The notes beneath the pieces were generated by a model, which did not search any database, had not been told where the DNA came from, and saw nothing but the letters and a program-made list of their open reading frames with translations. Below are positions 38,155-47,422 of a DNA stretch of 64,000 bases, in pieces. The translations under genes and the position numbers were made by a program. Position 1 is the first letter of the stretch; each line of letters opens with the position of its first letter. This DNA is from Myxococcota bacterium (GTDB taxonomy: Bacteria > Myxococcota_A > SURF-8): assembly GCA_965140415.1 (NCBI GenBank), contig OZ223209.1:3552001-3616000 (forward strand), given 5' to 3'.

Positions 38155-39399
38155 TTACCAGAAATTGATTGGAATCGGAATGCGTATACCCGCATTCACG
38201 ATCTGGCTGGCACGACAGTTCTTGCCCGGCAGCAAACGATTGGTTCGATATGTCCCATAGAGCTGGAAGGGAGCACCCACACGCAGGAAACTGAAGAGCA
38301 AAGTGAATGTAAGCGGATTGCGATATCCGGGCCGCCAATCCTCTTCCTTGTCCCAATCCCACAAGGGGGAATTAGAATCGTAATCAGTCTGCTGCTGATG
38401 CATGAACGAGTATTGAATTGAAGCCGTAAGCAATGGAGGAAGTTTTTCCGCTTTGCTGGCATCACCGCCGGTGATCCATGTACCCAGGGCCGGTCCTTTT
38501 ACCAACACACCGTCGATCTGCAAGGAAACACCGCTGTAATCGCCGGGCTTGACATGATAGGTGTCACCGACATAAGGCGCATTGTGCAGCATTAGCGGAT
38601 GAATTGTTCCCGTGGCGGCGGTTAATTCTCTTTTAAAGAATACTTCGTAAAAGCCTTCGATTCCGATGGTAAGACGACCATCCAGTTCCTTCTCAAATGT
38701 CTTGTCGAATCCCAGGTGAAAAGTAAGATCTCCCTGCGAAGCAAGATCCCACATCGATGTTCCGGCTGTCACCAAACGCTCGGGATCAGCGTTCTTTCCT
38801 GTTGGAATCACACCTGAGATAGCCAGCGCTGAATGAAATCCGTTTTCTTTGCACCAGTGGAAGAAGTCGGTAAAACGCCAGCGAAGACCGAGAACGATAT
38901 CGGATAAATCACCTTTATTGCCAACCCATTTCGTCGGCTTGGTCTCACCGAAGCTTTCCGCCCACAACCAGAAATCTTCTTCGGAATACGGACGCCCCAA
39001 CTGAGGTTGATAATCACCTGGTTCCCATTTCAAGTTCGGATCGATCGACGTTTCCAAAACCACAGGAATACCGATTCCCAAAGAAAATGAATCGGTGATT
39101 CCATATTGCAGCTTCGTCACCAACATCATGAACTTGACATCCGCCGCCGCAGACAAGACACCTTGCTGTCCTCCGCCCGGCTCGAATCGTTCGATGTCAT
39201 TGATCAACGGTCCCAATTCGCCGTCGTTCTTCCAGGTATCGTTGAGCCATGAATAATAGAAAACTTCTTCCAGCATGAAAGTGCCCTCAGGCAGAGTTTC
39301 CGTGAACCCCGCCTTGGCCGAATCCGGCCACAGCACTCCAACAGAAAGAACACAACAGACCAGGATCCATATCAACTTCATCTGTATTGTGCGGCTCAT
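38155..39399 (-). CDS. Putative outer-membrane beta-barrel (COG4313/phenol-MetA-like channel)
   Basis: Signal peptide ending AKA; LQYGITD, GDLSDIVLGLRWRF and VIPTG motifs; amphipathic strands; aromatic C-terminus. Confidence 0.55.
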   Translation of the reverse strand: MSRTIQMKLIWILVCCVLSVGVLWPDSAKAGFTETLPEGTFMLEEVFYYSWLNDTWKNDGELGPLINDIERFEPGGGQQGVLSAAADVKFMMLVTKLQYGITDSFSLGIGIPVVLETSIDPNLKWEPGDYQPQLGRPYSEEDFWLWAESFGETKPTKWVGNKGDLSDIVLGLRWRFTDFFHWCKENGFHSALAISGVIPTGKNADPERLVTAGTSMWDLASQGDLTFHLGFDKTFEKELDGRLTIGIEGFYEVFFKRELTAATGTIHPLMLHNAPYVGDTYHVKPGDYSGVSLQIDGVLVKGPALGTWITGGDASKAEKLPPLLTASIQYSFMHQQQTDYDSNSPLWDWDKEEDWRPGYRNPLTFTLLFSFLRVGAPFQLYGTYRTNRLLPGKNCRASQIVNAGIRIPIPINFW

Positions 39400-41765
39400 T
39401 TCTGCACCCCCTTTCCTGCAACGGCTTCGTTGAGGTTATAGGGGATAAACTCCTGATCCGTAACGGGAACATCGCCACTGGCCCAGTTCATGATGCCTTT
39501 GGTCGGTTCAAATACCGCTGTGGACATGGAGTCGCGAATGTCTACAAGGCCAGGATCCCTAAGAATCTCAATGGCTTTGGGGACATTAATTTTACCGTAG
39601 TATTCGGTAATTAAATCACCAAGCACGTGGAAAGCTCTAAGCGATCTGAAATAAAAACCCGTCCATTCGCTTTGAGGTGTCAGGCTGAACGTGTCTAGCC
39701 AGATCCTGATATCATCACGATTCTTCTCGTAATGACTGCCAATGAAAAGGTCGTCACCGTTAATGCTGCCGTACAGATTTCCGAATTCATCCGTACTGAC
39801 ATCATCCTCCGGGTCGGCCTGGTAGTAGAAAAAGCCATCCACTTCGTGAATAGGATCGTCTTCCGTTTTTTCGACTTCATTCTGGAAGCCACCATCCAAT
39901 TCGATGGCCGCCATTTCGCCTTGTTTATCCATCACCAGCATGTTCCAGCCGTAAGTTTGCCCACTTAGATAGAAATGCTTGATGGCTTCATCTACAGTCG
40001 TCATGTTGCGTAACATCTCACGACCGGAGAAACCTATTGGAAGCCCCGTCGCCAACAGTCGGGTATCTCCAAGAATAGTTGCCAGAGCATCTAGTGGATT
40101 GTCCGGTGATGAAAGAATGGGGCCCAGATTATCCAGGATAACCTTCACCACACCGCCTACAAGCGGATTATCCAGCGAATCGGAATTCGTCATGGCATAT
40201 GTCATGCCTTCGGTATTCATCCCGGAAAAACCGTAGCAGATACCCGCCCACCCCATGTATGTGTGTGGGTAGCCATCCGTTGGAATCTGTGTAAAGTGCA
40301 CCGAATGTTCGTGAATGAGGTTGCTGTCCAGCAATGAGTAATGGTGGGCCAACAAGGGAACATCATTTGAAACCGCAGTATCTCGCAACGCAAAAGCGAT
40401 GCTTGGAGGCTGAGAACGTCCGTCGTCTACTGCGCGGTTTTTGACCTCGTAGCGTTGCAACCCGTATCCGTTCTTTTCCGCAAATCCCTTTGTAGTAAAG
40501 GTAATGTGTTCATCGCGCATGAAACGGTTATGGAAAGGTTCCGGCGTATAAATCGGGGATTGATCACCCGCCTGGATTATAAAAGCAACGGCCTCTCCTT
40601 CGGGAAATCCTCCTTCTGGCCGGAAAACGACTTCCAGCGGGTTCTGGCAACCTTCGAATGTATATTCACCATGATCGTCCGGTTCCGGTGTTTTGTCCGT
40701 CGCTTCCAGGAACTTGATTTCCAATTCCTCATCTTCGCTTGTATAAACTGTATCGCCGATTTGAAAACGAACGGAATCGGGATTCATGCATTGCGGATCG
40801 CTAGCCTGGAAACACATCGGATCGAAACAGGAAATGTGCACACGAGGATAAAGACAAGTCAACCCTTCCTCGGTGATACATTCGCGATCGATGAAGTCCT
40901 GTCCTTTACATTCATCCTTGATACAGATGTCATTTACACAACGCGAATCCATCTGCTCGCTTCCTACAGGTTCCACATTGTTCGGATCGTTGCACGCCGT
41001 CTGCCCGATTGATCGATCTTCCAAAACGATCCGGATGGCAGCATCCTTGGGAGCTTCAACAAGCATGGCGTAATACAAGGGGGTGTATTTGTCGAAAGCC
41101 CCCTCACCTTCCTCATCCGTTTCGCCGTTGCCGTCGTTGTCCACGCCATCATTCATATCGCCGACGAATTCGAGTTGGGTGATATACGGAGTTTGAATCT
41201 GCTTGATAAACGCCGTCACTGCACGGAAACCCATCATGGTATCCAAGAATGTATTCAATATTAATACTTTCTTGAAATATTCCCCGCGCAACGAATCGGT
41301 TTCGGCATTGTCTTCCGTAATGTGCGCGAAGAACTCATCCGTCAACGGCGGATTATCTACGCACTTTTCGTCCGTATCGCAAGCGCCATCCGCAACTCCA
41401 AGTATTTCCTGCCGATACGTTTCAGGAATGTAGTTCTTGTAAAGATGGTAGCCGCTTTCAAGCAACATTTTCCGCGAGAACTGATTGTTGCAGTATTCTT
41501 CTCGCAGATAATAAGAAAGCACGGAAGCCACATTGACCTGCTCACGGTTCAGATAAGGAATCAGCGAGTCGTCAAGCAGGCGGGTGTATATGGATCGAAT
41601 GTAATTTCCCAACAAACTGCCGTGCTGGTAACCACGCGAATAGCTATCGCCTTCCAGCACGACTTCCTGGACGTATGAAGGCTGCTTGGCAACCTCACAA
41701 CCGATTATCAATAGAGGGAGTAATAAAAACAGAAAAGCCCAAAGACAACGTCTAATGTACTTCAT
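39396..41765 (-). CDS. Lipoprotein resembling the C45 peptidase/Ntn-hydrolase family, with a large Cys-rich insertion
   Basis: AGGAGG RBS before ATG 41765; lipobox IIGC; LEGDSYSRGYQHG, EILGVADG, GWAGICYGFSGMNTEG, REMLRNMTTVDEA, GWNMLVMD. Confidence 0.62.
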   Translation of the reverse strand: MKYIRRCLWAFLFLLLPLLIIGCEVAKQPSYVQEVVLEGDSYSRGYQHGSLLGNYIRSIYTRLLDDSLIPYLNREQVNVASVLSYYLREEYCNNQFSRKMLLESGYHLYKNYIPETYRQEILGVADGACDTDEKCVDNPPLTDEFFAHITEDNAETDSLRGEYFKKVLILNTFLDTMMGFRAVTAFIKQIQTPYITQLEFVGDMNDGVDNDGNGETDEEGEGAFDKYTPLYYAMLVEAPKDAAIRIVLEDRSIGQTACNDPNNVEPVGSEQMDSRCVNDICIKDECKGQDFIDRECITEEGLTCLYPRVHISCFDPMCFQASDPQCMNPDSVRFQIGDTVYTSEDEELEIKFLEATDKTPEPDDHGEYTFEGCQNPLEVVFRPEGGFPEGEAVAFIIQAGDQSPIYTPEPFHNRFMRDEHITFTTKGFAEKNGYGLQRYEVKNRAVDDGRSQPPSIAFALRDTAVSNDVPLLAHHYSLLDSNLIHEHSVHFTQIPTDGYPHTYMGWAGICYGFSGMNTEGMTYAMTNSDSLDNPLVGGVVKVILDNLGPILSSPDNPLDALATILGDTRLLATGLPIGFSGREMLRNMTTVDEAIKHFYLSGQTYGWNMLVMDKQGEMAAIELDGGFQNEVEKTEDDPIHEVDGFFYYQADPEDDVSTDEFGNLYGSINGDDLFIGSHYEKNRDDIRIWLDTFSLTPQSEWTGFYFRSLRAFHVLGDLITEYYGKINVPKAIEILRDPGLVDIRDSMSTAVFEPTKGIMNWASGDVPVTDQEFIPYNLNEAVAGKGVQK

Positions 41766-42245
41766 CGATCCTCCTACTAAAAAAACATACATCTCGAATC
41801 GCCACAGGATTGATTGCTAGAGACTCTCGCTTCAGGCTGGCAAGTATAATTATGGGAGCATTCCCTTACGTTGAGATAAACCAATTCAACCGGGCCGGCA
41901 AAGCACGACTAAACCCGCTCCTGAATAAAAGCTTAAGACAACGTCATCATACTTGGATTTCTTCTTCGATGCACCAGAGACACTCTTGAGTTCGGATCAT
42001 AGGTCAAGTTGATTTGCTTGTCAATTATGACCGGCATTTTTTATTACTAACAGGTTATGTGATTTTTTCTTCTGCATTCAGGCAAATTGGCAGAACAGAA
42101 CCAGTCCTTAAAATAAGAGTCACATTCAGATTGCAACCACGGGAAACACCAGGAATATTCACCAATGAAAATTAGAGGAATCCTTCCTTGAAGAAACGCT
42201 ATGAATCTATGAAATTATAGTGCGACAACAGAAAAGCGCCGCATA

Positions 42246-42279
42246 GAGAAAGGGGAACTCGAAAGCTCCCCTTGTTCTC
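42246..42279 (-). terminator. Probable terminator downstream of the DUF2961 gene
   Basis: Minus strand AAGGGGAGCT-TTCG-AGTTCCCCTT followed by TCTCT. Confidence 0.65.
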
Positions 42280-42305
42280 ACTTCCTACGAATGTAGTTCA
42301 ACCGC

Positions 42306-45300
42306 TTAGTCTTGGTTAACATCCTCGAAGTAGATTACGTCGATACCGATATCATAACTACTTGAAGCGGCGTTTTTCCCTTCTGTCTGGAAAACGATGT
42401 AAAGATCTCTCGGCTCACCGAAGGAGTCGAATGGCCTAAGGTGTCGATCCCCCATGATGACGCGCTCTCCCAGTTGCATCGTACCGGCAGGCAGCGCTTC
42501 GTATGCATCGTAGACTTCACCCAAACTTCTCGAATCGACGATCATCTGCCATTGGGCCATCGAAGGTCCATGCAGAGGCACCACACTAATACGGTAATCG
42601 CCCTCATATTCCAGCACACCGGCATCCAGCTTCAGCACAAGACGTTGTACTTCATCGGCACCATCGAAGAACAGGATAGCGTTATTGGATGCACCGGTAA
42701 AAGGTTGCTCTTCTCCACGATCCTGCCAGGTTTCATTCGGATCGTAATAATCCTCAGCTTCTATAGGCATCGCCGGAATCCCGGTAAGTACTCCCAGGGA
42801 CTCGGAGCATACGCCCTGTGCACCGGTACAATCTTCCGCTTTGATTCGATAATAGTACTGAGTCTGCGGCAAGGAAGTCTCATCACAGAAGTCCGTAGTC
42901 GAGGTCTGCCCGATGTGGCTGTTCTCATCGCATTCGAACAATTGTGCCGTACTACGATAGATGTGATAGATCGATGGTGGTGGTCCACCGGATGGCGGAG
43001 CCCAGGATAAACATGCCGTCGGACCGATCAGGGTGTAATCGATACTCGTAACCATGCCCGGACCTTCGGTTTGCGAAGAAATCGGCAAATGCGAATATAC
43101 CCAGAACTGATAGGCGTTCCATTCGTCGCCGCCTGCCCATTGGAAGCGAACTTCAATTGAGGATTTGCCCTCGGTATATTCGGCAGGAATATCGAACAGG
43201 CTGTCACGCCAGCGCTGGCTTTCATTGCGAACCGGATTGTACCAGTATCCGACCGGTTCATCATCCACGAAAACCAGGGCTTCCTGTCGGCCATATTTCT
43301 GATCCAGCCGTCGAATCAAACGCACACCCACATTGGATGAATCGATAGCAAAGGTCATGACCATCTGACCACGCTGATCACCAACACCGATAATGCCTCG
43401 TCCCGAGTCGATCACTTCCGTGTCGTCGTTTTCACCCTCATACACACTGCGCGTGTTGGTATGCGGAGAAGTCTCCAAATCGGATGCGAAATAATGGTCG
43501 TTCTCATCCGGCGCGTCCATCACATCCAGGCTATCGGAGAAAGTCAGTCCTTCCAGACAGGACATGTAATAATAGGCTACCGCACGATAGTTGGCATTCA
43601 CGGTATTTTCACCACCGTGTTCAAACCCCAACTGAATTGATTTCTCGAATGGGATGGCATCGCCCGGCATCAAGCGCCTTGCCGTAAACTGCCACGTGGG
43701 ATTGTCGTTTTTCCAAATAGAAAACAGCGGATTGTCGTACACGCCGGTCTGCCAACGATTGTTGCCGTTAAAGAAAGCATCGGTGCCGGTTCCGTAAATG
43801 ACCGGACTGTTCATGCCATCGATTACAATGCGCTCATCACCTTCAAGGAATTCCTTGGTGTAAACGACATCACTTTCCATTGCCAAACTCAAGCCAACGA
43901 CATGTCCCTTGCCGGAAGTATCCAGCGCGTAAAAATCGTTGCCACTGGTGGTCGGAGTTTTTTCAGAATAACTGGCATAGAAATGTCCAACGGTACGCGG
44001 GTAATTGTTTTCACCCAGTTCCAAGCTGATCTTGAATTGATCGATGGTAAGAGAAGATTCGTTTTTGACCTTAATGACAAAGCTGTCCCAATAAGGCATC
44101 GGGAAGTAACTGTACCACTCACCCGAGGTGCTCATTCCTACCAGCAAACTGCTGAAATCGATCTGACCGAAACCTGAGCCGAAGAAAAGACCGATCGGCA
44201 CATTGACATCGGGAGTGGATTTCCCCTCCCAGAAAATCTGCAAATAGGTGTTATCCAGAATTTCGGTTTCAGCAGGAGAAATATCGATTTTCAGTGCGTT
44301 AATCACGCCGGAGTCATGCACTTCCGGAAAAACGGTGCGGGTCTCATCCGGAGAGATGGAAACCGGAGACGGGCTGGGGTGATCGTTGCCTTCGGTCGGC
44401 TTGGGATCTTCACCGACATGATTGGTATAGAAATCGGCGGTGTCCGTCATATCCATATCCCAGCTAAACGGCTCAACCGCATCTGAAGCCGGAACGCTGT
44501 GATAGGTAAAGTTGTATCCCTGCGCCGTTCCTGAAAGTGTAACTTTTAACCCTTCTTCGTAGCAGATCGGAACGTAGGAGTAATAGCTCTCGCTTTTCTG
44601 ACCGACCAGTGGGCTTAGGAAGGGAGCGGTAGCTCCGCCGAACAAGTCATTGACGGTTTCGTTAATTCGCGGTGTATCCTCACCATCGAAATAGAAACGG
44701 AGCTTGTAGCCGTTGATCATGGCGGGCATCCCCAACCAGATGCGGTACAGGCAACCTGGCTGGCGGGTTTCCATTAGAACCTGTTCCGCTCCATCGATGT
44801 AGAGATTCGTGTACGAACGATCCTGATTGCCGCCGGAAGGATCTCGGCTGGAAAACTGCCTTGCCACGGTCATCGGTCGGAAATAAGGCAAATCCTGGAT
44901 GTCGATCAACCAGCTTGCGCCAGCAGGAGGAACGTCGGAGACATCGCCATCAGCAGTATCACCATCAATGACCTGATCTCCATCGGTCTGATCGACTTCC
45001 AGATCACCATCGACTATTAAATCTCCATCAATCTGATCTCCATCCGCATCACCATCTCCATCAACGTCTCCATCGCTGTCGCCATCGGGAAGATCGCCAT
45101 CCATGTCCCCATCGACATCGTCTTCATCACCATCTACATCACCGTCCGGATCTCCGTTGAGATCTCCATCAGTACCACCGGAACAACGATGAAGACTCTG
45201 ATCGCACAAGCTCGGAGCGGGACAATCGGAATTGTCCATGCAGCATCCTTCTTCCAAACAGACGCACTGCCCGCCGGAGCAGGTCAATCCCGTTTCACAA

Positions 45301-45422
45301 TTGCATCCGTCACCATCGGTGCTGTCTCCATCGACAGTCTCGTCCGATCCACAGCCGAAACTGCTCAGCACGAGAAACATTGCGCAGAAAAAGATGATAT
45401 TGCTCGTAAACCACTTCGTCAT
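42306..45422 (-). CDS. DGD-repeat lipoprotein with DUF2961 (GH172-like) domain, FN3-like domain and C-terminal CBM-like domain
   Basis: Lipobox FGC; about 14 DGD units; SSRDPSGGNQD, PGCLYRIW, PIGLFFG, YFPMPY, GKGHVVG, FLEGDE, GTGT, IPFEKSI..EHG. Confidence 0.78.
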   Translation of the reverse strand: MTKWFTSNIIFFCAMFLVLSSFGCGSDETVDGDSTDGDGCNCETGLTCSGGQCVCLEEGCCMDNSDCPAPSLCDQSLHRCSGGTDGDLNGDPDGDVDGDEDDVDGDMDGDLPDGDSDGDVDGDGDADGDQIDGDLIVDGDLEVDQTDGDQVIDGDTADGDVSDVPPAGASWLIDIQDLPYFRPMTVARQFSSRDPSGGNQDRSYTNLYIDGAEQVLMETRQPGCLYRIWLGMPAMINGYKLRFYFDGEDTPRINETVNDLFGGATAPFLSPLVGQKSESYYSYVPICYEEGLKVTLSGTAQGYNFTYHSVPASDAVEPFSWDMDMTDTADFYTNHVGEDPKPTEGNDHPSPSPVSISPDETRTVFPEVHDSGVINALKIDISPAETEILDNTYLQIFWEGKSTPDVNVPIGLFFGSGFGQIDFSSLLVGMSTSGEWYSYFPMPYWDSFVIKVKNESSLTIDQFKISLELGENNYPRTVGHFYASYSEKTPTTSGNDFYALDTSGKGHVVGLSLAMESDVVYTKEFLEGDERIVIDGMNSPVIYGTGTDAFFNGNNRWQTGVYDNPLFSIWKNDNPTWQFTARRLMPGDAIPFEKSIQLGFEHGGENTVNANYRAVAYYYMSCLEGLTFSDSLDVMDAPDENDHYFASDLETSPHTNTRSVYEGENDDTEVIDSGRGIIGVGDQRGQMVMTFAIDSSNVGVRLIRRLDQKYGRQEALVFVDDEPVGYWYNPVRNESQRWRDSLFDIPAEYTEGKSSIEVRFQWAGGDEWNAYQFWVYSHLPISSQTEGPGMVTSIDYTLIGPTACLSWAPPSGGPPPSIYHIYRSTAQLFECDENSHIGQTSTTDFCDETSLPQTQYYYRIKAEDCTGAQGVCSESLGVLTGIPAMPIEAEDYYDPNETWQDRGEEQPFTGASNNAILFFDGADEVQRLVLKLDAGVLEYEGDYRISVVPLHGPSMAQWQMIVDSRSLGEVYDAYEALPAGTMQLGERVIMGDRHLRPFDSFGEPRDLYIVFQTEGKNAASSSYDIGIDVIYFEDVNQD

Positions 45423-46049
45423 TCCATATCCCTTTCAGCTATCCATCCTGATGCCGCAACCGTAACCGGCAGGGTTGGTCTTACCCATAGGCGAGTATCT
45501 TTATATTGTAATTAGACGAGACGATTTGCGCAACAGTTTTAAGCAGTTTCGATCCATTTGGTTTTTGTTAACACTTTCACCAATGAAATAAGCAATCAGA
45601 ACAAATGCTTAATTGGGATGACGTGCAATAACTTAGCATTGTTCGGCATACATCTCTTCGACATTTAAACTTGAAGCGCTTTTTGTCTCGACACGCGCTT
45701 GAACTCCAGCTATGATTCTTTACAGATAGACAATCGTCGAGTTTGCATCGGGGCGTGAAGACAGACAAATACCTTGCGGTTCTGTCTTTAAATTTAAACC
45801 ATTGCCGACATGGGGGGCGATGAAATGCGCTGGTGTGGTTCGTTGTATAATATTCAACATTTCCACAATATTCGGTCGCTACAGGAAACATGTTGGGAGC
45901 GATAAAACACAGGCGGCAAACCGAATCGTGAAATCTTGAAATAGAACTGTGCCATTTTCTCTCTTTTCTCGTAGCCGAGAGAGTAATCGCCCTGCTAAAC
46001 GAGCGAAAGATCACCTTCACAAGTCATGATTGGACAAGGAGGATGTTTA

Positions 46050-47393
46050 ATGGATTATTTCAATGAATTGGGTGAGATAGCCTCCCAAAACAACCGAATT
46101 GAAAACAAGTTTTACCATCTTTATAAGGTCAAGCGTGGTCTGCGCAATGCAGATGGTTCCGGTGTATTGGTCGGACTGACCACCGTATCCAAGGTTCTAG
46201 GTTTTGAAAAGATCGATGAAGAAATCATTCCGATCGATGGTCAGTTGGTTTACCGGGGATACAGTGTCTACGACATTGTTAAGCACTTTTCTCAGAACAA
46301 TCAATTCGGCTTCGATGCCGTCACGTATCTTCTTTTATTTGGAAAATTTCCAACAAAAGAAGAGTTGGCCATTTTTAGCGAAACCTTGGGCAAAATGCGA
46401 GTTCTACCTAAGAATTTCGCTCGCGATGTATTGCAGACGTTCCGTACACCGGACATCATGAACGCCCTGTCCAGATCCGTTTTGACTTTGTATGGCAGCG
46501 ATGAAAAAGCGGACGATCTCTCCGGTCCGAATCAGATTCGGCAGGCCATGGAGTTGATTGCAAAAATCAATTCACTGGTGCCGTATGCCTATTATTCCAT
46601 TCAGCACGGCTTTTTCGATAAAAGCCTGATCATTCATAAAACAGATCCTACGCTGTCAGCAGCACAGAACTTCCTGCATCTGATTCGCCCAACCAGCGAA
46701 TATTCCGACTTGGAAGCGAAAACACTTGATATTGCACTGATATTGCATGCCGAGCATGGCGGTGGTAACAACTCGACTTTTACCACCAGGGTCGTATCTT
46801 CCACCAATACGGATTTCTATTCTGCAATTGCCGCCGGTCTTGGCTCGTTACGTGGGCCGCTACATGGTGGAGCAAACGTACGCGTCGCCAACATGATGGA
46901 AGATTTGAAACGAAACGTTAAAAACCCTCATTCCGGAACGGAATTACACGACTACCTGTTAAGCATGTTGCAAGGCAAAGTCTTCGACGGAGCGGGAAAA
47001 ATCTATGGTGTCGGCCATGCCGTCTATACCCAAAGTGATCCTCGCGCCGAGATTTTAAGAAAGTATGCAGAACGGCTGGCCAAAGAAAAAGGTCGCGAAG
47101 AAGAATTCGATGTCTACAGGCAGGTCGAAAAACTAGCACCGGATGTTTTACGAGAGCACAAGAACAATCCCGACATGTTCGTCAGTTCCAATGTCGACTT
47201 CTATTCCGGTTTCGTCTATGACTGCCTCGGTATCCCCAAAGAAGTCTATACTCCGCTGTTCGCAGTAGCCCGCGTAGTCGGCTGGTGTGCTCATCGAGTG
47301 GAACTGATGACCAACCCTGGCAAGATCATGCGACCTGCCTACAAAGCCTTGGGGAAAGGCCGGGATCTGTCGGAAACAACCGAAGAAGAATAA
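46050..47393 (+). CDS. gltA: Citrate synthase
   Basis: KRGLRNADGSGVLVGLT, LHAEHGGGNNSTF, GPLHGGAN, GVGHAVY..DPR, NVDFYSG; AGGAGG RBS before ATG 46050. Confidence 0.93.
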   Translation: MDYFNELGEIASQNNRIENKFYHLYKVKRGLRNADGSGVLVGLTTVSKVLGFEKIDEEIIPIDGQLVYRGYSVYDIVKHFSQNNQFGFDAVTYLLLFGKFPTKEELAIFSETLGKMRVLPKNFARDVLQTFRTPDIMNALSRSVLTLYGSDEKADDLSGPNQIRQAMELIAKINSLVPYAYYSIQHGFFDKSLIIHKTDPTLSAAQNFLHLIRPTSEYSDLEAKTLDIALILHAEHGGGNNSTFTTRVVSSTNTDFYSAIAAGLGSLRGPLHGGANVRVANMMEDLKRNVKNPHSGTELHDYLLSMLQGKVFDGAGKIYGVGHAVYTQSDPRAEILRKYAERLAKEKGREEEFDVYRQVEKLAPDVLREHKNNPDMFVSSNVDFYSGFVYDCLGIPKEVYTPLFAVARVVGWCAHRVELMTNPGKIMRPAYKALGKGRDLSETTEEE

Positions 47394-47422
47394 TATTTTG
47401 CCACCGATAAAGGAGTTTGGTT

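Noticed and set aside
45577-46020. 147-aa minus-strand ORF, and a GGCAAACC stretch near 45915 as a c-di-GMP riboswitch
   Set aside because: The ORF has no recognisable features or RBS; the rest of the riboswitch consensus is missing.
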